A stretch of DNA of 64,000 bases from Octopus sinensis. Taxonomy: Eukaryota. The position numbers and the translations under genes were made by a program. This document shows, one piece after another, positions 1 to 13,079 of the stretch (within the stretch, counting starts at the first letter, position 1; each line of letters begins with the position of its first letter). The notes under the pieces were generated by a model that had not been told where the DNA came from, searched no databases, and saw only the letters and a program-made list of their open reading frames with translations. The stretch lies in assembly GCF_006345805.1 (NCBI RefSeq), contig NC_042999.1, forward strand, positions 2,914,001-2,978,000, given 5' to 3'.

Positions 1-384
1 ACTGCTTTCAATATATTGACATTAAACTGCTGCAAATAGACTGACAGTTTCCAGTTTGATTGTCACTTGGTTCTTTTTAAGCAAAATATGTGATTTTCAT
101 TGTGAACTTCGATCTATATTATGCTCTGTTGATTCGCTGGCAGCATGGCCTGTCAAATTCAGCTTTCACAGTGTCACTTACATGCCCGTTAATTATTGCT
201 AATTTCAATCCCAATCCTATAATTTTTCTTGCCTTAGCACTTTCACTACATTTCCTCTCAATAATCACATGTTCAGAACTCATGATAATAAATTCAATGT
301 TGGAAATCCCCAATTAATACAGTGCATGCTTGTAAATTGATACTAAATCCAGCAAAAACACTTGGTGTGTATACATTTATAAAT

Positions 385-663
385 ATCATCATTATCATCG
401 TTTAATGTCCGTTTTCCTGCTAGCATGGGTTGGACGATTTTGATTGAGGGCTGGTGAACCAGATGGCTGCACCAGGCTCCAGTCTGATCTGGCAGTGTTT
501 CTACAGCTGGATGCCCTTCCTAATGCCAACTACTCCGTGAGTGTAGTGGGTGCTTTTTACATGCCACCGGCACAGGTGCCAGGGGAGGCTGGCAGCAGCC
601 ACGATTGATTGGTGCTTTATACATGCCACCGGCACAGAAGCCAGTCAAGATGGCACTGGCAAA
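385..663 (-). mobile_element. Repeat family A copy ((GAT)n-tailed retroposon; SINE or truncated RTE-type LINE 3' UTR)
   Basis: Reverse complement of ...GGAAGGGCATCCAGCTGTAGAAAC...CATGCTAGCATGGAAAACGGACGTTAAACGATGATG, recurring more than 12 times in the window. Confidence 0.85.
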
Positions 664-732
664 TATGTAAATTCCTTTATTTTTACAAGCAAAAATTTGA
701 CAGTGACTTCACAGTTTTGGCAAAATGATAAA

Positions 733-1080
733 TATCATCATCGTTTAACGTCCGTTTTCCATGCTAGCATGGGTTGGACGATTTTGACTGAGGGCTGTGG
801 TGAACCAGATGGCTGCACCAGGCTCCAATCTTGATCTGGCAGAGTTTCTACAGCTGGATGCCCTTCCTAACGCCAACCACTCCGAGAGTGTTGTGGGTGC
901 TTTTTACATGCCACTGGCACGGGGGCCAATCAGGCAGTACTGGCAATGACCTCACTCGAATCTTTGTACACATGCCACCGGCACAGGTACCAGTAAGGCG
1001 ACGCTGGTAACAATCACACTCGAGTGGTGCCTTTTACGTGCCACCAGCACGGAAGCCAGTTTGCTGCTCTGGCAATGATC
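733..1080 (-). mobile_element. Repeat family A copy
   Basis: Same core and (CAT)n tail as 385-663, with extra 5' repeat units. Confidence 0.85.
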
Positions 1081-1676
1081 AATGTAAAATATGTGACTTC
1101 GCAAATGCAAAACTGCTTCTAGACCCATTAGAGCTGGAATATCAGTAGAAGAAAGCAATTAAAATTGAAAATTATGCGTGGATCACTGACAAGATGCATT
1201 TTAAGGCAAGAACTAAATGGTGTCCATAAGCTCCATGTTGCAAAGTTTGATTGGTGTGGCAAAAATCTTATTGGCTGTTTTTAGTATGGAAACAAGATCA
1301 TGCGCATAAAAATATATTAATTTGGTGGGTGGGGGGCAAAAACTGCGGTGAAAGAGGGACACAACTTAACAGGACTCCAAGATTCTTACATTATTCACCA
1401 TTACTCTGTTGATTGATTAAAAACTAGTAAAATCCAGTAAACATTTTATAATTAAAACTCATGCTGACTTTCTGATCTATCGATCAGAAAAATGACGCAC
1501 TCTTAAAGGTTTTATCGGGCATTCCTATAGTCTATTGGTAAATCAATGCAAGATCTTGGATTACAGAATCTTTATATGAAGTTGGTTCAAGAATTGTTTC
1601 TATTCAACAAAATAAAATTTTTGGAATCTAGATTTATGGACTATATTACATAAATTTACATTTTAAGCTATAACCA

Positions 1677-1830
1677 CAGAGTGGTTGGCGTTAAGAAGGG
1701 CATCCAACTATAGAAACACTGCCAGATCAGATTGGAGCCTGGTGCAGCCTCCTGGCTTCCCAGACCCCGGTGGAACCGTCCAACTCATGCTAGCATGGAA
1801 AACGGACGTTAAACGATGATGATGATGATG
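1677..1830 (+). mobile_element. Repeat family A copy (short)
   Basis: GAGTGGTTGGCGTTAAGAAGGGCATCC...GGACGTTAAACGATGATGATG. Confidence 0.85.
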
Positions 1831-2685
1831 AATTTCTCTTGAGCAATGTTTCCAGTCATTCAACAGTTCACTAATGGCAATGTATTCGGGTTTTGTTTTT
1901 ACTCCCAAATATATCATTATTGGAGCCAAATGAATAATGAGTTGAATGCAACATTCAAGGACAACAACTTCCACAAAACTATTGTCCACAATTATGAAGG
2001 CATTAGAAAATATTAATGATGAACAACCTGCAATATAAGAGTTGGTTTTAAAAACCTAATTCCTCATAGTAGAAATTTTTAATAGTGAATTTTTAATAAT
2101 TTTCTGAGATTTTACAAAAACAACAAAAATATTATTTTTTAAAATTTCCTCATAGTAGAAATATGTTTCATGTATTTGAGTCTGACATTGCAGAAATCAC
2201 TCAGTTTTGTTTATACCCGGAAAATGTCTACAATTTATTAATAAAATATCAGAAAAATTGCTTGAATCTCATGATGTGGACCCTGTGATGGAAACAGGGG
2301 TTACTACATTTTGAGAAGTAGCATGCAAATGACAATGATGACGGCTAAGGTAGGACAGATGAAACTGAGGCACGTGAGAGAATTCTCAATTAAAGAATTT
2401 GATACCTACTCAGTTTCAAGATGGAAAGCTGATGATAATGGATGTAGATTTAAGCATAAAGTGAGTAATGCAAATAAGAATACAAATTGATAAAACCTTC
2501 AATTGCTTTAGAATTAAGAAATATTTTGAATCGAAACTGGCCAAAACTTTCAAGTCAAAGTCAATAATATTTTTGTTAAATAATAATAAATTTTCACCGA
2601 GCAAAAGTATAGGAAAAGCCTTCAGATTAATGTAAGATTGTTTCTGTTATAACTAAATATAAAGAGAAGCATTAATATATATATC

Positions 2686-2722
<37 letters not shown>

Positions 2723-2929
2723 ACTCTCAACATTTTAAAACTGATGTAAAACTTACAGTGTTTAATAAAATGAAGTAGCATGAAACAATTGTACTACTCT
2801 ACCTTGGATATCCTTGTTGCTTATTTTGATTATAATCACCCCATTTGATTTATATGGATAATACCATACAAAATTATGGTGCCTTTAACTTAAGTATCAT
2901 ATTCATCTGAATCTAAATTTTGCTGAATA

Positions 2930-2991
<62 letters not shown>

Positions 2992-2992
2992 G

Positions 2993-3360
2993 TGTAGAGG
3001 TGCAATGTCCCAATGGTTAGGGCAGCAGACTCATGGTTTCGATTCCCAGACCAGGCATTGTGAGTGTTTATTGAGCGAAAATACTTAAAGATCTATAAAG
3101 TTCCGGCAGGGGGTGGTGGTGGTGACCCCTACTGCCTCTTTCACCACAACTTTCTCTTACTCTTTCTTCCTGTTTCTGTTGTACCTGTATTTCAAAGGGC
3201 CAGCCTTGTCATGCTCTGTGTCACACTGAATCTCCCTGAGAACTACATTAAGGGTACACGTGTCTGTGGAATGCTCAGCCACTTGCACATTAATTTCACG
3301 AGCAGGCTGTTCCATTGATCGGATCAACTGGAACCTCGTTATAACCGATGGAGTGCCACA
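2993..3360 (+). mobile_element. tRNA-derived SINE family D, tail type 2
   Basis: tRNA-like head (GGTGCAATGTCCCAATGGTTAGGGCAG...GGTTTCGATTCCCAGACC); homologous to 49417-49757. Confidence 0.8.
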
Positions 3361-3364
3361 TATG

Positions 3365-3399
<35 letters not shown>

Positions 3400-3402
<3 letters not shown>

Positions 3403-3480
3403 GAGAGTTTACGAAAAAAACAAAAGACGAAGACAGGTGGTGTACAAAACAAACAGATGTATTAGTATAACGCTCAGGAA
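3400..3480 (-). repeat. 3' fragment of hammerhead-bearing repeat family F1 (ribozyme part absent)
   Basis: AAACAAAAGACGAAGACAGGTGG...TGTATTAGTATAACGCTCAGGAA aligns with units at 55931-56782 and with 41040-41110. Confidence 0.7.
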
Positions 3481-3496
3481 TATATATATTATATAT

Positions 3497-3527
<31 letters not shown>

Positions 3528-4134
3528 CATGTGGTGCTGAGTGGATAAACCATTGACAATTCAAGCACAGATTCCATGTTTTGATTTCGATTTGATGTGT
3601 GTCATTCTACACAAGACTCGTTTACAATAACATTGGCTCGACCCATACGTTTTAATTAAAAATTTATGTAGAAATGTATGGAATCCTATCAGATGGATTA
3701 TTCGTTTAATTCAAAGACTCTGCTCTTTTAAAACTGTGTTATTATGATTCTGCTTGTGATTAAAGCGTACACGTGTCTTCAGAATACTCAGCCACTTGTG
3801 TTATAAATCAATGATTGAGCAACACAAATCTTATGGCTGGCATCGATTGATTGTATATTGTGTATGCAGATGTGTGTGTATGTGTAGATGTATATACAGT
3901 GGTAAATGATATACACATCATTGCAAAAACTGACAGTAAACCGGTGTGTCAAACAAAAATGAGTTTGAGCTGTGTGGTGTTTATCCAGTTTGAAGTCACA
4001 CAGGCATTTCGCTTATCATTCACGCCATTGGAAACGCAGTGAACCAGAGACCAGTTCATCGGAAACCTATAACCAATGAGTCTATTGTTAAAAAAATACA
4101 TTATATGTGTATGCTTATGTGCATGTGTGCAGGT

Positions 4135-4149
4135 GCATATCTATATAGC

Positions 4150-4229
<80 letters not shown>

Positions 4230-4324
4230 ATGTATATGTATATATATATATGTATATATGTATATGTTATATATATATATGTATATATGTATATGTATAT
4301 ATATATATGTATATATATATGTGT

Positions 4325-4371
<47 letters not shown>

Positions 4372-4405
4372 GTATGTATATAGATATGTATGTATATAGA
4401 TATGT

Positions 4406-4446
<41 letters not shown>

Positions 4447-4590
4447 ATATAATATATATATACATATATTTATTCTTATATAGAGATAGACAGACATGTA
4501 TGTGTGTGTGTGTGTGCATGAATGTCTGCATGTGTGTGTGTGTGTACATGTGTGTGTGTTTGTATGTGTGTGTGTGTGTGTGTACATATA
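4135..4590. repeat. Compound (TA)n/(TATG)n/(TG)n microsatellite
   Basis: Direct inspection. Confidence 0.95.
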
Positions 4591-4668
4591 AATGAGGTCG
4601 GTTAAATCAACTAAATCCATTCTCTAGAATCTTTGTACGTGAGAAAATATTATTATTGATTATAGTAA

Positions 4669-4699
<31 letters not shown>

Positions 4700-5481
4700 A
4701 ATAATAGCAATAACAACAACGACAACAACTATTACTTTTACTATTATTTTGAGACATTGTTTCTTTCTTTTTCTTTTCAATAAATAACTTTGTATTATTT
4801 TCTTTGATTTTTCTAATTTATAGATAGAATGTATATCAATTTGATATATTATTGAAATATATCTTCAGGAGAAAAAAAAATACAATCCAACTTGACTCTC
4901 CAAATTATATATAATATAGATTTTCCAAGAATAATCAGTTTATAAGAAGAATTGACGAATTGATCAGTTGATCGATTTCTGTGTTCAGTTCTCATGGCAG
5001 TTCCAAAATTGGTTTCTAAGGCTTTTACTACCAGGACCAGAACATTCCTATCTATAAGCTGTTTGAAACTTATATCGAGTGAATACATTTGTTTTATATA
5101 CCCTTAAGCCTTGTTTACAAGATGTCACATGGGCGGGGGGAGAAGAGAAACAAAAAAAGTTGTTACATTCCAATCATGAGATTATGATTAATGAACATAT
5201 TGATTCTTGATAAATCACACGATATTTTGTGAGTTTATTGTTCCTTTAAAACATCTTCTCTTATTGCTTTACCAATTCTGTTGTCATGTAAATGTTTCCT
5301 GATCAGCAGCTGGAAAACTGTATGAATATAAAAGCCGACGAGGAATCCCCGATGTAAACACATCACTGACGAGGAACAGCATTCCAAATATTGCTCAAAT
5401 CACACTGTAACTGTCTTAACAATAGAAGGAAGCTGCCAAAAAGAAAAAAAGAAAAAATGCTTAACTGTTTTGTTATCAAGA

Positions 5482-5641
5482 CAGGAGTGGCTGTGTGGTA
5501 AGTAGCTTGCTTACCAACCACATGGTTCCAGGTTCAGTCCCACTGCATGGCACCTTGGGCAAGTGCCTTCTACTATAGCCTCAGGCCAACTAAGGCCTTG
5601 TGAGTGGATTTGATAGACAGAAACTGAAAGAAGCTCATCAT
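5482..5641 (+). mobile_element. tRNA-derived SINE family B, 5' half
   Basis: AGGAGTGGCTGTGTGGTAAGTAGCTTGCT head, GGTTCAGTCCC B-box-like segment, CCTTGGGCAAGTG motif. Confidence 0.8.
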
Positions 5642-5642
5642 A

Positions 5643-5690
<48 letters not shown>

Positions 5691-5695
<5 letters not shown>

Positions 5696-6236
5696 GGCTC
5701 GTTGATTTTTGTTGTTTTCACTTAAAGCATGTGGAACCCATGCCCCATACTTCTGAACCTTTCCCATCAAGTGAAGATGCTTCTCTATAGTAGTGTATGA
5801 GCATTCCTTTTTCTCTTCCAGTTCCCTTGTCATTTGACAAGAATTTTCATACAAAAGTTGGTTTAATCGCTCTTCATCAAACTCAACTGGTCAGTTAGAA
5901 TGACGTGCATCATTGAGGTCAAAATTTCCATTTCTGAACTTGGCATACCGATCAAAAGTGGTTCTTCCAGTTATGGCACCCACTCCATACATAGCACAAA
6001 TGTCACAAGCAGCTTTTGTGGCCTTAAAACCTTCGTTAAAAGCAAAAAGGAGGAGGTGTTGAAAATGCTCATTTTTCTTAACTTGACATTCCATTTTAAT
6101 GATCTGAAAATAAACAAAAATTAACTAGAAAAAAAAAAAACAAAGTAGATACCAAAATGATTCAAAAATAGAACTCTAGAAAAAAATAGATTCCAAAATT
6201 TAAAAAAACTGCGGGAACTTAGTTGCCAACCCAATA
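5691..6236 (-). mobile_element. Mariner (Tc1/mariner) transposon, 5' part with TIR; transposase decayed
   Basis: HTH N-terminus MECQVKKNEHFQHLLLFAFN...KFRNGNFDL and WVPHAL motif; terminus TA-TTGGGTTGGCAACTAAGT at 6236-6217. Confidence 0.9.
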
Positions 6237-6334
6237 TATCATATATATATATATATATATAGATATATATATACATATATATATATCATATATTTTTGTG
6301 TGTGTGTATGTATATATATATTTTTTTTTTTACC

Positions 6335-6636
6335 ACCACGTGACCGACCAGGCTATCAGATGTTGTTACACATCGCTGGTCACAATGCGCTTCGCATTGT
6401 TTTAGCCTTCAAATGACGCCACCCCGCTGGCTAAGCGAGCAGGCCAAGAGAAGAAAGAGTGAGAGAAAGTTGTGGCGAAAGAGTACAGCAGGGATCGCCA
6501 CCACCCCCTGCCGGAGCCTCGTGGAGCTTTAGGTGTTTTCGCTCAATAAACACGCACAACGCCCGGTCTGGGAATCGAAAACGCGATCCTTCGACCGCGA
6601 GTCCGCTGCCCTAACCACTGGGCCATTGCGCCTCCC
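6335..6636 (-). mobile_element. tRNA-derived SINE family D, tail type 1
   Basis: Minus-strand head GGAGGCGCAATGGCCCAGTGGTTAGGGCAGCGG...GTTTTCGATTCCCAGACC; highly similar to 20599-20906. Confidence 0.85.
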
Positions 6637-6724
6637 CGTATATATATATATGCTGGGAGTGACTGTCAAGCCATATGGTTGTGATACAACATTCCTAATC
6701 ACACAGCCATGCCTGCACCTAAAT

Positions 6725-6950
6725 ATATCATCATCATCATCATCATCGTTTTAATGATCACATTCCATTGTATCGTTTTGATGAACTTTCTTTGTCTGGA
6801 TGCCATTCCCATCACCGAACTTCACCTAATATTCTCTACGGCCAGACATTTTTTGGCAGAAGATTGGAAATGAATGATGCTGCTTGTATGACAGTGATAC
6901 TCACAATTATCATCACACAATGTCAAGACAAGGAGACACAAATGTGCAAA
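6725..6950 (-). mobile_element. Degraded (GAT)n-tailed retroposon, family A-related (A2)
   Basis: (CAT)n tail followed by diverged CTGGATGCCATTCC core; related to 41350-41552. Confidence 0.5.
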
Positions 6951-7043
6951 TACCTTTTCTCTCACATACACACACACATATATACATACAGAACATACAC
7001 TGTGTGCTTCTTTCAGTTTCTGTCTACCAAATTCATTGACAAT

Positions 7044-7410
7044 GCAGGAGTGGCTGTGTGGTAAGTAGCTTGCTTACCAACCACATGGTTCCAGGTTGTG
7101 TCTTTCTACTATAGCCTCGGGCTGACCAAAGCCTTGTGAGTGGATTTGGTAGACGGAAACTGAAAGAAGCCCATCGTATGTATGTATATATATATGTATG
7201 TGTGTGTATATGTTGTGTATCTGTGTTTGTCCTCCCAACATCGCTTGACAACTGATGCTGGTGTGTTTACGTAACTTAGTGGTTCAGCAAAAGATACCGA
7301 TAGAATAAGTACTAGGCTTACAAAGAATAAGACCTGGGGTCGATCTGCTCGACTAAAAGGCGGTGCTCCAGCATGGCCACAGTCAAATGACAGAAACAAG
7401 TTAAAGAGTA
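7044..7410 (+). mobile_element. tRNA-derived SINE family B, near full length
   Basis: Head, internal (TA/TG)n and tail GGTGCTCCAGCATGGCCACAGTCAAATGAC..AAACAAGT. Confidence 0.85.
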
Positions 7411-8188
7411 ATGCTTTTCTCAGCCCAGGGCTATTTTAGAAATCTCTTGTTGTGTAAGGTGCTATGCAGTGGGACTGAACCCCAAACCATATTTGGGAAG
7501 CAAATTTGTTAACTACATATCCATGCCTGCCTTTTGCAACTTCTGAGAAGTTTTTATATATTGTCTTGCTTTATTTTTATTTATTTATGAATGTATTTAC
7601 TTACTGAGTTTCCCTATCATTTCAGTCAAATTTTACCCAAGGAGAAAATATTTTCAAATTCTTAGCATTTGAAATGATTTTAACACCTTGTGGTAAAATA
7701 TGAAAACGAGCAGCGGATGACTTGAATTTATTCAACATTTTATTGTATTCATTTATGTTTCGTTTTCTTCTTCTAAAATACAATATAGCAACATTGTTTT
7801 AGACTTTTACCATTTTCTGTGAAATAAGAACATAGCATTTACTTCCTCACCAAAAATTCTTCTTGAATATTTTATTGTATTATAAAGTGTTTTTTTTTTA
7901 TTTTCAGTGGTTCATCTTTTAAAAAGAAAAAAGAATTATTCTCCAACTCACTTCCATGTTTTTCTGATGTTAGATGTCATCTTCTGTTATATTCATAATT
8001 CCACGCACTTTTTATTCCATGAAGTTATAAAACCATTTCCCTATCATTTATCTGTGTAATGTATATGGAATTAAATATTTGAAGAACGGAAGTTTTTCTA
8101 AAAAGAATCAAACAATTTAAATTCCTCTTCTTTGTTAACAGATTCTGAGTCAAAACCACAGACATGGCTATCCTTAGGTACTTATGGA

Positions 8189-8542
8189 CCCTTTAGAATT
8201 GGAATTTTTGAAAAGTAAAAATTTTGCATTATGTAGCTTGTTATTCTCTTTAAGTGAACATTTTTCTGGTTGAAATACATCCGAAAAATGGCGACACAGT
8301 AATCAAAAAATCGTAAAAAATAGGGATTTTCATAGAAAAAAAAGCACCTTCTTGATGTAAATAATTTTTGGTGTTAACATGGTCCGATTTGAATTTTTTC
8401 TTCTACAGAATGAAGAGCAAGCCTTTTTCTATCATACTTTCAATTTTGGTCAACTTACACCGCAGGGTCTCCGAGGAGATAGTGTTAGTTGAAGGCTACC
8501 AAACCTGCCATACACAGACAACTTCAGCTTTATATAGAGAGA
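8189..8542 (-). mobile_element. Non-autonomous Helitron-like element, 3' end missing
   Basis: High identity to 19861-20270; minus-strand 5' terminus A|TC at 8543/8542. Confidence 0.7.
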
Positions 8543-9007
8543 GATTACTGGTTGTAGCTATCTGGCATTAGTTTTGTGTTTAATGTTTTAAGATTAAAGA
8601 TTCAAAGCATTTCAGAGATTTACTTGTCTGGCAAGTGATTTAATCTGAGATAGTTTTTTTGAAACTGAAACTATTACAGCACAGAAGAGACATTTTAGCC
8701 ATTCAAAAACACACAAAAACTGTTAATTTCTTTCGTATCAATGACCAGGTCACAGAAAATGCAACAAAAATGTTGACATGAAATAATAAATAATTGAAGT
8801 TGACATTTTTTCAGCTTTTGAATAGCAACCATGTCTTCCAGGCTGTAATTGTCAAGTTAAAATACAACAGTTCTAATGGTTGTTGCTACAATTGTTATGG
8901 AATATTTTTGATTATTCCTGTTTAAGAAAACCAATAGCAAAGTGGCATCACTTTGAAGAATTTTTTAATAATTATTTTAATCCTTTTAATACCAACCCAC
9001 TTGAAAC

Positions 9008-9096
9008 CAAAGAATAAGTCCTGGGGTCGATTTGCTTGGCTAAAGGCGATGCTCCAGCATGGCCGCAGACAAATGACTTAAACAAGTAAAAGAGTA
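9008..9096 (+). mobile_element. SINE family B 3' tail fragment
   Basis: AAGAATAAGTCCTGGGGTCGATTTGCT...AAACAAGTAAAAGAG. Confidence 0.75.
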
Positions 9097-9134
9097 CATA
9101 TATTGTTACATCAACACATAAAAAAAATACAAAA

Positions 9135-9261
9135 CTGTAGAAACACTGCCAGATCTGACTGGCCTGGTGCAGCCTTCAGGCTTCCCAGACCCCAGTTGAA
9201 CCGTCCAACCCATGCTAGCATGGAAAGCGGACGTTAAACGATGATGATGATGATGATGATG
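9135..9261 (+). mobile_element. Repeat family A copy (short)
   Basis: Family A 3' end with (GAT)n tail. Confidence 0.85.
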
Positions 9262-9554
9262 AAATAGATAAAATAAATGGTAGATATTAAGATGAAGAAT
9301 GTAAGCAAAAGTAGAAATCTCCTTTTTCCATTTCTTGAGAATCTCCACTACACAGAACCATTACAGCCATTTCTAATAAAATTACCTCTTTCGTCTTTCA
9401 GCTGTGACAATTTATTCCCACAATCAATTCAGCAGGCTTCATTAATTTCAGTGAAACCAAAGAATACACACATCATCCACTGAAGATAATTATCTGCCAA
9501 GAAACAAGGAAAAATTACCCCCCCCCACACACACATCTATATATACGTGCATGC

Positions 9555-9595
<41 letters not shown>

Positions 9596-9630
9596 CATAC
9601 ATACATCTATATATACACAGACAGACATAC

Positions 9631-9659
<29 letters not shown>

Positions 9660-9677
<18 letters not shown>

Positions 9678-9922
9678 GTGTGTATATATAATATATATGT
9701 ATATGAATATATATAATATATATATATATATATGTGTGTGTGTGTATGTATATATATATACATACATATATTTACATATATATATATATATTTATACATA
9801 CATATATATATATATACACACACACACTAATATGTATACCTATGTATATATATGTGTATCTATGTATATATATATATATATGTGTGTGTGTGTATATATA
9901 TATCTATATGTGTGTGTGTGTG

Positions 9923-9986
<64 letters not shown>

Positions 9987-10223
9987 GTGTGTGTGCGTGT
10001 GTATGTATTCAGTACGTGCCACCCACCGTTCTTTATCCCCATGTTGTTGTTATTGTTTCCGTTAATATTGATATTGATGTTATGGTTGTCATTGTTGCTG
10101 TCAGTATTATTGTTATGTTTGAATGAATAAAAAAATTTAAGTCAACATTAACTTTTAAAAAAATACAAAAATGATTAACAAATTTAAAAAGTAACAGAAA
10201 TCATCATTACTATTCATATTGAA

Positions 10224-10270
<47 letters not shown>

Positions 10271-11028
10271 CATTATTATTATTACTATTATTATTATCAT
10301 TATTATATCATTATTATTATTATTATTATTGTTATTGTTATTTTGTTATTGTCGTTGTTGTTCTTCTTAAAGGAAAACATTATAATTGTTGTTGTTGTTG
10401 AGGCTGTTAAAAGTTATTAGTAAAATACCTTGCAACATAATATTGTTATTAATGTTCTCTATTTCCTTCTTCTTCAGCTTGTTGTTGTTGTTATCGTCGT
10501 TAATATACGATGACTGTTATCAGTTTAATGCTGAAGTATTTGAGTCGTAAATGGACTTACTTTGAAGGAAGAAGAAGACGTTGCACTGATACATGTCCAC
10601 AAGTGCACACACATATGTACATGCAAATGTGTGGTTGTATGTACATACATACATATGTATATGTATGTATATATATATATGTGTGTGTGTGTATGTATAT
10701 ATATATATATGTATATGTATATATATATGATATATATAATATATATATATATGTATAGATATATATATATATATTATATATATATATATGTTGTGTGTGT
10801 ATATATAATATATATGTATATGAATATATATAATATATATGTACATATATATGGGTGTGTGTGTGTATACATATATATAACATATATATATATATATTTA
10901 TACATACATATATATATATATACACACACACACTAATATGTATACCTATGTATATATATGTGTATCTATGTATATATATATATATATGTGTGTGTGTGTA
11001 TATATATATCTATATGTGTGTGTGTGTG

Positions 11029-11092
<64 letters not shown>

Positions 11093-11321
11093 GTGTGTGC
11101 GTGTGTATGTATTCAGTACCCACCGTTCTTTATCCCCATGTTGTTGTTATTGTTTCCGTTAATATTGATATTGATGTTATGGTTGTCATTGTTGCTGTCA
11201 GTATTATTGTTATGTTTGAATGAATAAAAAAATTTAAGTCAAACATTAACTTTTAAAAAAATACAAAAATGATTAACAAATTTAAAAAGTAACAGAAATC
11301 ATCATTACTATTCATATTGAA

Positions 11322-11371
<50 letters not shown>

Positions 11372-11776
11372 CATTATTATTATTACTATTATTATTATCA
11401 TTATTATTATCATTATTATTATTATTATTATTATTGTTATTGTTATTTTGTTATTGTCGTTGTTGTTCTTCTTAAAGGAAAACATTATAATTGTTGTTGT
11501 TGTTGAGGCTGTTAAAAGTTATTAGTAAAATACCTTGCAACATAATATTGTTATTAATGTTCTCTATTTCCTTCTTCTTCAGCTTGTTGTTGTTGTTATC
11601 GTCGTTAATATACGATGACTGTTATCAGTTTAATGCTGAAGTATTTGAGTCGTAAATGGACTTACTTTGAAGGAAGAAGAAGACGTTGCACTGATACATG
11701 TCCACAAGTGCACACACATATGTACATGCAAATGTGTGGTTGTATGTACATACATACATATGTATATGTATGTATA

Positions 11777-11785
<9 letters not shown>
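9660..11785. repeat. Tandem duplication of a 1.1-kb microsatellite-rich unit (2 copies)
   Basis: Unique anchors recur at 10022/11119, 10502/11607 and 9672/10789 with near identity. Confidence 0.9.
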
Positions 11786-11850
<65 letters not shown>

Positions 11851-11885
11851 GTATATATATATATGTATATATATATATGTATATC

Positions 11886-11933
<48 letters not shown>

Positions 11934-12678
11934 TATATGTATCTGTATATATGTATATGTATATAATGTAAATAATATATACACATATGTACATATATGT
12001 ATGTATATATATATATATATATATAATATATATATATATAGAGATACATATATACATATATATATGTATACATATATGCATATATAGATATATAGATATA
12101 TATACATATATATATGTATATATATATGCATATATAGATATATATACATATATATACATATATATATTATATATATACACATATATAGATATGTATATAT
12201 ATACACATATATATATATGCATATATATATATACATATATATATATATGCATATATATGATCACCTTGACCAACCAGTCCATCGGGCATCCATTTGACAC
12301 CGCTGGTCACAGCATGCACTCTTATATATGCACTCTTATATATGCATTTATATATATATATAACTGTTGAAGTGGACGGACGTCTATTTGTTTCTCTCCC
12401 AAGTCAGTAGCAAGCTACACAGCTTCAAAACTAACTGACCTTAAATATATATATATTTGTAACCACGTGTTTGCCTACAAACCCGTAAGTACGTTTTCAT
12501 TTAACTACAAATTGTTATATACACCTGTTTTTCTTTTAATATCCTCAAACAACCAAATAATCAAAAACTCACACCCTTAAGAGAGAACATTTATATATAT
12601 ATACACTTCTTTAACTCCCAAGAAAGAATATATATATTTTCAAAAATCAAAAGGAAAACAAACAAAAGAAAAACAAAC

Positions 12679-13034
12679 ATGACTAACTTGCAGGCCTGCA
12701 ACAGACGAAATTGGTCTGATAACGAAATTGATGTTTTAATAAACACATGGTTCTCTCTTTCCCAAACAGAAAATCTAAATGTCTTGTGTTTGAATGAGAT
12801 TGCCGAAAAAACATCACAAGTGGTCAACACACGATCCGTCAAACAGATTCGTAGCAAGCTGAAACATATCGAAGTATCTTTCAAACTGATAAAAGGCCAT
12901 TATGAAAAGCTTCTTCATATTTTCACAGTTCAAGAACAACAACAGCTAGAAAATCAGCAGCCACAACAACAACAACAACAGAATGAGCCACTCCTGGTTC
13001 CCAGCACAATGGCTGACCCTAACATCGGTCAAGC

Positions 13035-13079
<45 letters not shown>

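Noticed and set aside
90-317. Short ORFs at the window start
   Set aside because: No recognisable domain and length within chance expectation.
5361-5395. CTGACGA-GGAA-CAGCA-TTCC-AAATATT, half of a hammerhead
   Set aside because: G12 is missing and no stem I partner is present; at best a dead remnant, so not called.
8142-8177. 36-nt AG/GT-bounded segment as a 5' UTR exon of the ZNF gene
   Set aside because: Donor GTACTT is weak and such pairs are common by chance; needs RNA-seq.
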